DNA of 41,399 bases, from assembly GCA_027009805.1 (NCBI GenBank), contig JALVCQ010000036.1:1-41399 (forward strand), written 5' to 3'. A program made the position numbers and the translations under genes. Under the pieces are notes generated by a model that ran no database searches, was not told where the DNA came from, and saw nothing but the letters and a program-made list of their open reading frames with translations. Source of the DNA: Bacteroidota bacterium (GTDB lineage Bacteria > Bacteroidota > Bacteroidia > JAADEI01 > JALVCQ01). Positions 1-7,278 of this stretch are shown piece after piece (position 1 is the stretch's first letter; each line of letters starts with the position of its first letter).

Positions 1-215
1 ACGGCCGCCTTCGGGTCGGGCCCCTGCGGGCTCGGCTGTTCGCCTCGGCCCGCCGCCGCCTTCATGGGCGCAGACACCGCTGCGCCCCTACAAATCCCAC
101 CCCGCGGACGCCCACAGGGCGACGCACGCGTCGCCCCTACCAATCCCGCCCCGCAGGCGGCGGCGGGCCGCCTCGCCTTACGGCTCGGCGCCCTCCGGGC
201 CCCTCACGCGAAAAC
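1..215 (+). repeat. GC-rich mosaic intergenic repeat, copy A (truncated by the window edge)
   Basis: 180-210 is identical to 31305-31335. 7-22 is identical to the reverse complement of 15064-15079. 165-213 aligns to the reverse complement of 15022-15068 with a few substitutions and indels. Internally there is an 8-bp hairpin at 117-136 and 22-nt direct repeats at 84-105 and 133-154. Confidence 0.75.
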
Positions 216-246
216 CGCCCCCCTTCCCTGTCGGTTGTGCAAATTC

Positions 247-254
247 TAACTTTG
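247..254 (+). promoter_or_regulatory. Bacteroidota-type -7 box TAACTTTG upstream of dut
   Basis: Perfect match to TAnnTTTG. It ends 7 nt before the dut ATG and is followed by CCGCC, as at rpsA and purL. No clear -33 TTG. Confidence 0.35.
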
Positions 255-261
255 CCGCCCT

Positions 262-699
262 ATGGTCACGATCAAAGTCGTTAATCGATCGCCGCATCCC
301 CTGCCCGCCTACGCCACCGAAGGATCGGCGGGGATGGACCTGCGCGCCTTTTTGCGCCGCCGCGTCACCATCTACCCGATGGAACGCGTGCTCATCCCCA
401 CGGGCCTGTTCATGGAAATCCCGCAGGGCTACGAAGGGCAAATCCGCCCGCGCAGCGGCATGGCGCTGCGAAAAGGACTGACGGTGCTCAACAGCCCCGG
501 CACCATCGACAGCGACTATCGCGGCGAAATCAAAGTGCTGCTGATCAACCTCTCGAACGAGCCCCAATACATCGACGACGGCGATCGCATCGCCCAATTG
601 GTCGTTGCACCGATGACGCAAGCTGTGCTGACCGCTGTGGAGGTGCTCTCAGAAACCCAGCGCGGCAGCGGCGGCTACGGCCACACCGGAGCACACTAA
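262..699 (+). CDS. dut: dUTP diphosphatase
   Basis: 145 aa with dUTPase motifs [23 protein letters not shown] and the C-terminal [13 protein letters not shown] start. Confidence 0.95.
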   Translation: MVTIKVVNRSPHPLPAYATEGSAGMDLRAFLRRRVTIYPMERVLIPTGLFMEIPQGYEGQIRPRSGMALRKGLTVLNSPGTIDSDYRGEIKVLLINLSNEPQYIDDGDRIAQLVVAPMTQAVLTAVEVLSETQRGSGGYGHTGAH

Positions 700-718
700 A
701 TCAAAAGACCCCGACGGT

Positions 719-1720
719 ATGAAAATCATCATCCCCATGGCCGGCAAAGGCAAGCGCCTCCGGCCCACGACCCTGACCATCCACAAACCGCTGATACCCA
801 TCGCCGGGCAGTCCATCGTACAGCGGCTCACCGAGAAAATCAAGGCTTCCCTCCCCCACACGATCACCGATATCGGCTACGTGGTGCGGGACGTAGACGA
901 CGATACCGAGGCAGCCCTGCTGGCCCTGGCCGAACAAATGGGCGCCCGGGGACACATCTTCTATCAGGACGAGCCGCTGGGCACGGCCCACGCCATCCTC
1001 TGCGCCCGTCCGCTGCTGGACGGACCCGTCACTGTGGCCTTCGCCGACACCCTCTTTTATGCCGACATGCACATCGACCCCGCCGACGACGGCATCATCT
1101 GGGTCAAGAAGGTGGACGACCCGCGCCAATACGGCGTGGTGGTCACCGACGAAGACCTCATCATCCAGCGTTTTGAAGAAAAGCCCGACCACTTTGTGTC
1201 GGACCTGGCCATCATCGGCATTTATTATTTCAAAGACGGCGCCGAGTTGGCCGGCGAGTTACAATATCTCATTGATCACGACATCCGCACCAAAGGCGAA
1301 TATCAGCTCACCGATGCGATGGATCGGATGCGCAGCAAGGGCAAGCGCCTGCGGGCCGGCGTGGTGGAAGAATGGCTGGACTGCGGCAACCGCGACACGA
1401 TGCTGTACACGCTCCGCCGCGTGCTGGAACGGGAGCTGCCCGAGGGTTACGTGGACGAAACCGCCACCGTGACGGAAAGCACCCTGGTGCCCCCCTACTA
1501 CATCGGGCCGGGTGCGGAGGTGAAACGGTCGATCGTCGGCCCCGGAACGGCCATTGAAAAAGGTGCCCACCTGCATCAAACCGTTATCCAAGATAGCATG
1601 ATCTTATCGGAAGCCCACGTGCAGGACGCCGTGCTGGATCATTCGGTGGTGGGCCGACACAGCCAATGCAAAGGAGCGGTTCAACGCCTCCACATCAGCG
1701 ATTATTCGATATGCGAATAG
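719..1720 (+). CDS. Sugar-phosphate nucleotidyltransferase (NTP-transferase domain plus C-terminal left-handed beta-helix)
   Basis: 333 aa. The N-terminal MKIIIPMAGKGKRLRP matches the GxGxR nucleotidyltransferase signature. The C-terminal region has hexapeptide-like repeats. Confidence 0.8.
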   Translation: MKIIIPMAGKGKRLRPTTLTIHKPLIPIAGQSIVQRLTEKIKASLPHTITDIGYVVRDVDDDTEAALLALAEQMGARGHIFYQDEPLGTAHAILCARPLLDGPVTVAFADTLFYADMHIDPADDGIIWVKKVDDPRQYGVVVTDEDLIIQRFEEKPDHFVSDLAIIGIYYFKDGAELAGELQYLIDHDIRTKGEYQLTDAMDRMRSKGKRLRAGVVEEWLDCGNRDTMLYTLRRVLERELPEGYVDETATVTESTLVPPYYIGPGAEVKRSIVGPGTAIEKGAHLHQTVIQDSMILSEAHVQDAVLDHSVVGRHSQCKGAVQRLHISDYSICE

Positions 1721-3435
1721 CTTTGTTATCAGCCATACCGGCCCTGATTTTATGGTTCGGCGGTTGTCGGCACTTCCGGTCGGCGGCTCCCGAGCCCCTC
1801 GTCATCGTTCCGATGGACGAGCCCACCAAGGCCCGTTTTCAAGAGCTTTTTTACGCCGGGCTGAAAGCGCAGTTGCTGGGTGATTATCAGCGGGCGTTTG
1901 AAAATTTCAAGCAGGCCTCCATCCTGAATCCCACCAGCGGCGCCGTTCACTATCAGCTGGCCCGTCTCTACCTTCGGGCCAACAACCTGCCCGCCGCGCT
2001 CCGGCATGCCCGATGGGCCCGACGCTTCGGCGGCGACAACCCTTATTACCTGGAACTGCTGGCACAACTGGAAAAAGAACAGGGTAACACCGCCGAGGCC
2101 GAAAAAATATTTGAGCAACTCATCCGGAAACACCCCAACCAATTAAATTATTACAACCAACTCTTACAACTGGCGCTCCAGCAAGAAGACTTCAACAAAG
2201 CCCTCGGCGTGATTACCCGAGCAGAACAGCGTTTTGGGACCAATCCGCAGATTCAGCACCAGAAACTGTCGCTTTACCTCTATCTGGGACAATATGACAG
2301 CGCGGAAGCGACCGCTCACCATATCTTAAAAGACAACCCAAAGGACCTTCGGGCCCTGGAGCAGCTGGGCCGGCTGCTGCTGAGTCGGGGCGACACCGCC
2401 CGGGCCATCTCCACCATCCGGCAATTGCTCAACACGCATCCCGAGCAGCGCCTTTTCAAGCTGGAGCTTGCCAAACTGTACATTATCTCTGGACAGGCCG
2501 ACTCGGCTGCGAAAACGCTGGAAGACATCGCCGGCGACCGGGCCGTCGATGCGGACGCCAAGTTCAACTTCTGGGTAAAATATGCCATGCCCTTCCTGTC
2601 GGAAGACACGGGACTGCGCTATCTGCCCATTATTCAACGCGTGATTCGGGCCCACCCGCAAGACGGACGGTATTACGCCGCCGCCGGTGATTTTTTCTTT
2701 CAGCACGGTCAGGAAGACAGCGCTTATCGGATGTATCTCCGCTCGGTCCGCTTACAGCCCAACTTTCTTCCCATATGGGTACGGCTCGTGGAGCTGGACC
2801 TTGGCCGGTCCGCTTATGACAGCGTGACCGCCCACGCAGAAGAAGCCCTCGACTATTTCCCGGCCCAGGCCATTCTCCACCTTTACAAGGGGATGGGCCA
2901 GAACCGCCTTAAATTCTATTCCGAAGCCATCAGCACGCTGGAAGATGGTTTGCTATACGTTCCCGAAGAAAACACCTTGCTCAAAAAGGCCTTTTACACA
3001 GAGCTGGCCGAGTCATACTACCGGTTGGGAGACACGCGAAAAGCCTTCGCCTATTTCGACAAGGCGCTGGCACTGGACCCCGAGGATCCGGTGGTATTGA
3101 ACAACTATGCCTATTACCTGTCGTTGAGCGGGGGCGACCTGTCACGGGCCCTGAGGATGTCGAAAAAAAGCCTCCGGATCGAACCGGATCAGCCGGCTTA
3201 CTTGGACACCTACGGCTGGATTCTCTTTAAGATGGGGAAACCTCAACAAGCCCGTGAATACATTGCCCGGGCGCTGGAAAAAAGACCGGAGGACCCGGAA
3301 CTTCTGGAGCACATGGGCGACGTGCTGGCCGCGCTGGGCCGCAAGGCGGAAGCGGTTCGATATTGGAAAAAAGCAATGCAACATGGCGGAGATTCCCGAA
3401 AACTGGCAGAGAAGATATCGCAGATTCATCCATAA
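1711..3435 (+). CDS. TPR-repeat lipoprotein
   Basis: Start moved to the ATG at 1711 (MRIALLSAIPALILWFGGC, signal peptide plus lipobox-like Cys), overlapping the upstream stop by 10 nt. TPR-like A/L/Y-rich 34-aa repeats run throughout. Confidence 0.8.
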   Translation: MRIALLSAIPALILWFGGCRHFRSAAPEPLVIVPMDEPTKARFQELFYAGLKAQLLGDYQRAFENFKQASILNPTSGAVHYQLARLYLRANNLPAALRHARWARRFGGDNPYYLELLAQLEKEQGNTAEAEKIFEQLIRKHPNQLNYYNQLLQLALQQEDFNKALGVITRAEQRFGTNPQIQHQKLSLYLYLGQYDSAEATAHHILKDNPKDLRALEQLGRLLLSRGDTARAISTIRQLLNTHPEQRLFKLELAKLYIISGQADSAAKTLEDIAGDRAVDADAKFNFWVKYAMPFLSEDTGLRYLPIIQRVIRAHPQDGRYYAAAGDFFFQHGQEDSAYRMYLRSVRLQPNFLPIWVRLVELDLGRSAYDSVTAHAEEALDYFPAQAILHLYKGMGQNRLKFYSEAISTLEDGLLYVPEENTLLKKAFYTELAESYYRLGDTRKAFAYFDKALALDPEDPVVLNNYAYYLSLSGGDLSRALRMSKKSLRIEPDQPAYLDTYGWILFKMGKPQQAREYIARALEKRPEDPELLEHMGDVLAALGRKAEAVRYWKKAMQHGGDSRKLAEKISQIHP

Positions 3436-4198
3436 GACCTTTCTGACGGCGGCGGCAATGGTGATGCTGGGCGGATGTCACCTTTTCCGGAAAGCCCCGC
3501 CGGCGCCCGAAGTATCGACCGAAGCTTTCTCGCCCCGCATGCTTGAGAACATGTCGCAACCGCGGGGGTGGTATGCCATTCGGGGATTGATGAAATACAG
3601 CGGCGACCAGAAGGTGGCCAGTCCCTTCTCTATGCGGATGAAGGCCGACTCGGTCATCTGGGTTTCATTCACGCCGGCGCTGGGGCTGGAAGCCCTTCGG
3701 GCCCGCATCACCCGGGATAAGGGCGAGGTGCTGAACCGCATCGAACGGCGGTATTACGTCAAGCAACGCGAGGAACTGGCCGCCGGCATGCTTCCCGCCG
3801 ACCTGTTAGACCTTCAATCCTTTCAATATTTACTATGGGGCATTCCGGAGGTGTCGTCTGCGGATGCATATGAATGGACCGTCACCGATACGGTCATCAT
3901 CGGCACCCGGGAAGGTGCAACATATTCGGAACGGCTTTTGGTGGATCCTTCGGTCCGGCGGTTGCGGCGGCGTATCATTGAGTATCGGCCCCGGCGCCAG
4001 ACCATCGTGATTGACTACGGTCCCTATCATCACGACGCCCATGCCGGCGACTATCCGGCCTGGATCACCATCAACGTATATCCACAGGGGCACAAGACCG
4101 TCAAAGATTCATTGCTGATCCGTTTCAAAAAGCTTGCACGCGCCGACTCACTGGCCGTGCCCATGCGCATCCCGCCCGGATATGAGCAAGGTCCGTAA
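3383..4198 (+). CDS. Lipoprotein, DUF4292/LolB-like (family assigned from remembered Bacteroidota gene order)
   Basis: Start moved to the ATG at 3383, giving RRYRRFIHKTFLTAAAMVMLGGC (positive n-region, hydrophobic core, lipobox Cys). It lies between the TPR protein and the M23 protein, as in many Bacteroidota. The exact start is uncertain. Confidence 0.6.
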   Translation: MAEIPENWQRRYRRFIHKTFLTAAAMVMLGGCHLFRKAPPAPEVSTEAFSPRMLENMSQPRGWYAIRGLMKYSGDQKVASPFSMRMKADSVIWVSFTPALGLEALRARITRDKGEVLNRIERRYYVKQREELAAGMLPADLLDLQSFQYLLWGIPEVSSADAYEWTVTDTVIIGTREGATYSERLLVDPSVRRLRRRIIEYRPRRQTIVIDYGPYHHDAHAGDYPAWITINVYPQGHKTVKDSLLIRFKKLARADSLAVPMRIPPGYEQGP

Positions 4199-5378
4199 TC
4201 TCTTCTGGGTGTTGTGGCTTGGGGGGTGGGTGTTGAGCATGTCTGCTGTGGGCTATGGTCAGAGCCGAAGCACGCTTGAACAGCGGCGCAAGCGGCTGCA
4301 AAGGAAAATTAAAGCTACGCAGCGACTGCTGAACAAAACCACCCGCGCCTATCGTCAGACGGCGGCCTACCTTCAACTGCTTGATCGGCAGATTCAAGAC
4401 CGGCAGCGATTGATTCACACCCTCACCGATGAGATATATGCCCTTAACCGGCAAATTGAGGCTAAACAAAAGGTGATTGACGCCCTTGAGCAAGACCTTC
4501 GGTCGCTGAAATCGGAATATAAACGGCTGCTCATTGCAGTGTATCGCATCAAACGGCAGTATCTTCCGGTTACGTTTATTCTGGATGCGCCCCGTTTGGA
4601 CGGAACGGTTAAAAAAGTGCGGCTGCTTCGATTTTATGAAGAACATCGTCGGCAACAGATCCGGCTCATCCAGCAAACGCAAGCCGTATTGAAGCGGGAG
4701 ACCGAAGCGCTGAAAGCCCAGCACCAGGAACGGCAACAGTTGCTTCGGCGCATTCGTCGGGAAGAGGCGCAACTTCAGCAACGCCAGAAAGAGCGGCAGG
4801 TGCTGGTGCAACAGCTTCGGCGGAAGAAGCAGACGCTTTTGCGCCAGCTGGCGGAACAACGACAGGAAGCCCGTCGGCTGGATGAAGCCATTCGTGCGGC
4901 CATCCGCAAGGAGATGGCGGCCCGTAAACGCCGCCCGCTGAAAGGAAAAGAGAAAGCCCTGGCCGCCGCCTTCGCCCAAAAACGGGGACGGCTTCCCTGG
5001 CCGGTGAAGCGGGGTGTGCTTCTTCGGTCGTTTGGGATGCACCCGCATCCAGTTATTAAGAACGTGAAAGTTCAGAACAACGGCATTGATATCCGGACCT
5101 ATCTGGACGAGCCGGTGCGGGCCGTGGCCGACGGGGTGGTGAGCCGGATCGTGATCTTGCCCACGGGGAGCCGGGCTGTGTTGGTCCGCCACGGCGGCTA
5201 TTATACCGTCTATTCCAACCTTCGCAAGACCACCGTTAAGACGGGACAAAGCGTGTATGCGGGGGATGTGATGGGGTATGTGCGCAATGGGCGCCATTCT
5301 CAGGTGCCGGAGCTTCACTTTGAGGTGTGGAAGGGCGTCCAGCGGCAAAATCCGACCCGATGGCTTCGTCGGCGTTAG
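4182..5378 (+). CDS. EnvC-like coiled-coil protein with a degenerate M23/LytM domain
   Basis: Start at ATG 4182 (signal peptide MSKVRNLFWVLWLGGWVLSMSAV). A long Q/R/E/L-rich coiled coil is followed by a C-terminal LytM fold. NNGIDI replaces HxGxD and ELHFE replaces HLHFE. Confidence 0.85.
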   Translation: MSKVRNLFWVLWLGGWVLSMSAVGYGQSRSTLEQRRKRLQRKIKATQRLLNKTTRAYRQTAAYLQLLDRQIQDRQRLIHTLTDEIYALNRQIEAKQKVIDALEQDLRSLKSEYKRLLIAVYRIKRQYLPVTFILDAPRLDGTVKKVRLLRFYEEHRRQQIRLIQQTQAVLKRETEALKAQHQERQQLLRRIRREEAQLQQRQKERQVLVQQLRRKKQTLLRQLAEQRQEARRLDEAIRAAIRKEMAARKRRPLKGKEKALAAAFAQKRGRLPWPVKRGVLLRSFGMHPHPVIKNVKVQNNGIDIRTYLDEPVRAVADGVVSRIVILPTGSRAVLVRHGGYYTVYSNLRKTTVKTGQSVYAGDVMGYVRNGRHSQVPELHFEVWKGVQRQNPTRWLRRR

Positions 5379-6016
5379 GTGGATGGGGGGCGGTGTTCCG
5401 CGGTGAGGCCCGTCGGTTTTGGCGCCGGCGCGGGCAACTGGGTGTGTATGCCTTTTATGCGGTGGTGCTGGCCTACCTGGTGCAACTGGTGGAGCCCGCG
5501 CCGGCGCCCCGTCAATACATTGCGCTGTTCTGGATTTCGGCTTTGTTCATCAACCTTCAACTGGGCGCGCAGGCCTACCATCAGGAGACGCGGGGGCATA
5601 TGCTGTTCTATTACTGGGTGGTCCCGCCGGAGGTGATGTTCTGGGTGCGGGCGCTGGTCAACAGTCTCATGCAGGCGCTGGTGATGGGACTGCTGGCCGT
5701 TCTTTTTATGTTCTTTTCCGGTCCGCTTCCGGTGGGGCTTTGGGGTTGGTCCGGTCTGATAGGGCTGTCGTCACTGGGGTTCGGCTTTGCCTTTTCATTG
5801 GTCAGCGCCATTTCCCGGTTTGGGCGTCACCCGTTTGTGTTGATGAGCATCCTGGGGATTCCCACCATCATTCCGCTGTTTTATACGGTGATTCAACTTC
5901 ATCTGGCATTGATCGGCGGATCGGCTCCCATGCGGATGTGGTTAACTTTGCCGGCCCTGTGGGGCATTGTGGCGGTGATGGGAACGATATTGATTCCTTA
6001 CCTTCATCGGCACTAA
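5360..6016 (+). CDS. ccmB: Heme exporter permease CcmB
   Basis: About 218 aa and 6 TM segments. It aligns by eye with E. coli CcmB (FRGEARRFWRRRG vs FRLELRVAFRH; SILGIPTIIPLFY vs SILVLPLTIPLLIF). It lies immediately upstream of ccmC. The start could be 5360 or 5327. Confidence 0.7.
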   Translation: MASSALGGWGAVFRGEARRFWRRRGQLGVYAFYAVVLAYLVQLVEPAPAPRQYIALFWISALFINLQLGAQAYHQETRGHMLFYYWVVPPEVMFWVRALVNSLMQALVMGLLAVLFMFFSGPLPVGLWGWSGLIGLSSLGFGFAFSLVSAISRFGRHPFVLMSILGIPTIIPLFYTVIQLHLALIGGSAPMRMWLTLPALWGIVAVMGTILIPYLHRH

Positions 6017-6029
6017 AAAACACCTTCCG

Positions 6030-6716
6030 ATGCAACGGCGGCTTTCATGGATACTATCCGGGACCGGCACCCTGCTGGTGCTTTACTCGATCATTGCCGG
6101 CGTGTGGACGCCTGTTCCCGACATTCCGATTCTTTACGAGAGCATTCGGAACTTTTTCTTTCACGTTCCGATGTGGTTTGCGATGTTGTTGATGTTTCTG
6201 ATAGGGGTCATTCACAGCATGCGTTATCTTTCGTCGGGGCGTCTTGACGAGGACTTCAAGGCTTCTTCCTATTTACAAACGGGCGTGGTGTTCGGTATCC
6301 TGGGACTCATCACAGGGGCGGTGTGGGCCCGATATACGTGGGGCAGCTGGTGGAGCAACGATCCAAAGCAAAACGCTTCGGCGATTACGCTGATTATTTA
6401 CGCGGCCTATTTTATCTTGCGGCGCGCCATTGCCGATCGGAGCGTGCGGGGACGCGTGGGCGCCGTGTACGCCGTATTTGCATTTGCCGTGGCGGTGCCG
6501 CTGCTGTTTATTCTGCCGCGCATGACCGACTCGCTTCACCCGGGCAGCGGCGGGAATCCGGCCTTTTCCTCCTATGACTTGGACTTCCGGATGCGCCCTA
6601 TCTTTTACGCCGGCGTGGCAGGATGGACGCTAATCGGCAGTTGGTTGAGTCTGCTTTATGCGCGGGTGCAGCGAACCGCCCACGAAATTGTATTGTTAAA
6701 ACATCGACTTCCATGA
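6030..6716 (+). CDS. ccmC: Heme lyase/exporter CcmC
   Basis: 228 aa, polytopic, with the Trp-rich WWD-type motif WGSWWSNDPKQN. ATGA overlap with the next ORF. Confidence 0.85.
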   Translation: MQRRLSWILSGTGTLLVLYSIIAGVWTPVPDIPILYESIRNFFFHVPMWFAMLLMFLIGVIHSMRYLSSGRLDEDFKASSYLQTGVVFGILGLITGAVWARYTWGSWWSNDPKQNASAITLIIYAAYFILRRAIADRSVRGRVGAVYAVFAFAVAVPLLFILPRMTDSLHPGSGGNPAFSSYDLDFRMRPIFYAGVAGWTLIGSWLSLLYARVQRTAHEIVLLKHRLP

Positions 6717-6874
6717 CGTTTCTATTCGACCTATCCGCTTGCGGCAAATTCCCTGTGGTGACCGTGAGCCTTGCGATCATCGTGCTCGGCATCGCCCTAT
6801 ACGGGCACTGGATAAGCCGCCGCCTTCATCGGGTGGAGGAGGAACTGGCAAAACTTAATCGGCATCGGCAATGA
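6713..6874 (+). CDS. ccmD: CcmD-like small membrane protein
   Basis: 53 aa from ATG 6713, with one TM helix (VVTVSLAIIVLGIALYGHWI) and a basic tail. ATGA overlaps with both ccmC and ccmE. The call rests on size and position. Confidence 0.55.
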   Translation: MTFLFDLSACGKFPVVTVSLAIIVLGIALYGHWISRRLHRVEEELAKLNRHRQ

Positions 6875-7278
6875 AAAAGCTCCATCTTTTTCTGATTGTA
6901 GCCATGGCCGCGGCCGTGGGCCTGCTGGTGTATGCGCTCGGCGATGCCAGCAGTTATGTGTCGTTTGCGGAGGCGTCCCGACATCCCGATAAAGAATTTC
7001 ATGTGGTGGGGCGGCTGGCCGAGGGGCATTCGGTCTATTACAATCCGAGCGAAGATCCCAACCGCACGGAATTTTTCCTTACCGATCACGAAGGCAAAAC
7101 GGTGAAGGTAATCTATCCGCAGCCCAAGCCCGCCGACTTCGAGCGGGCCGAGGAGGTGGTCATCATCGGGCGAATGCAAGGCGACGGCGTCTTCCTTGCT
7201 TCCAAGGTGCTGACGAAATGTCCCTCGAAATACGTGGAAAAGGACTTGAACGCGGTGACGTCGCAGTCGGATGAGTGA
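6871..7278 (+). CDS. ccmE: Cytochrome c maturation heme chaperone CcmE, CXXXY variant
   Basis: 135 aa with an N-terminal TM anchor and an OB-fold-like body. VLTKCPSKY aligns with E. coli VLAKHDENY. Cys117 (tgt, 7219-7221) replaces the heme-binding His. Confidence 0.85.
   Translation: MKKLHLFLIVAMAAAVGLLVYALGDASSYVSFAEASRHPDKEFHVVGRLAEGHSVYYNPSEDPNRTEFFLTDHEGKTVKVIYPQPKPADFERAEEVVIIGRMQGDGVFLASKVLTKCPSKYVEKDLNAVTSQSDE

Noticed and set aside
64-249. Small ORFs inside the repeats (64-249, 31138-31407, 14820-15143 on the minus strand) that share a peptide such as LGALRAPH.
   Set aside because: The similarity is at nucleotide level and modular, with indels that break the frame between copies. 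The ORFs overlap the ends of real genes and have no start context. The shared peptide is a by-product of translating the repeat.
4125-5348. 407-aa minus-strand ORF, and similar long antisense ORFs at 12568-13596, 20085-21320, 29956-31110, 31383-32531 and 25367-26365.
   Set aside because: Each lies opposite a confidently identified gene (the M23 protein, queA, the PKD cargo, rpsA, murE and the NhaD-like permease). All show skewed low-complexity composition typical of antisense frames.
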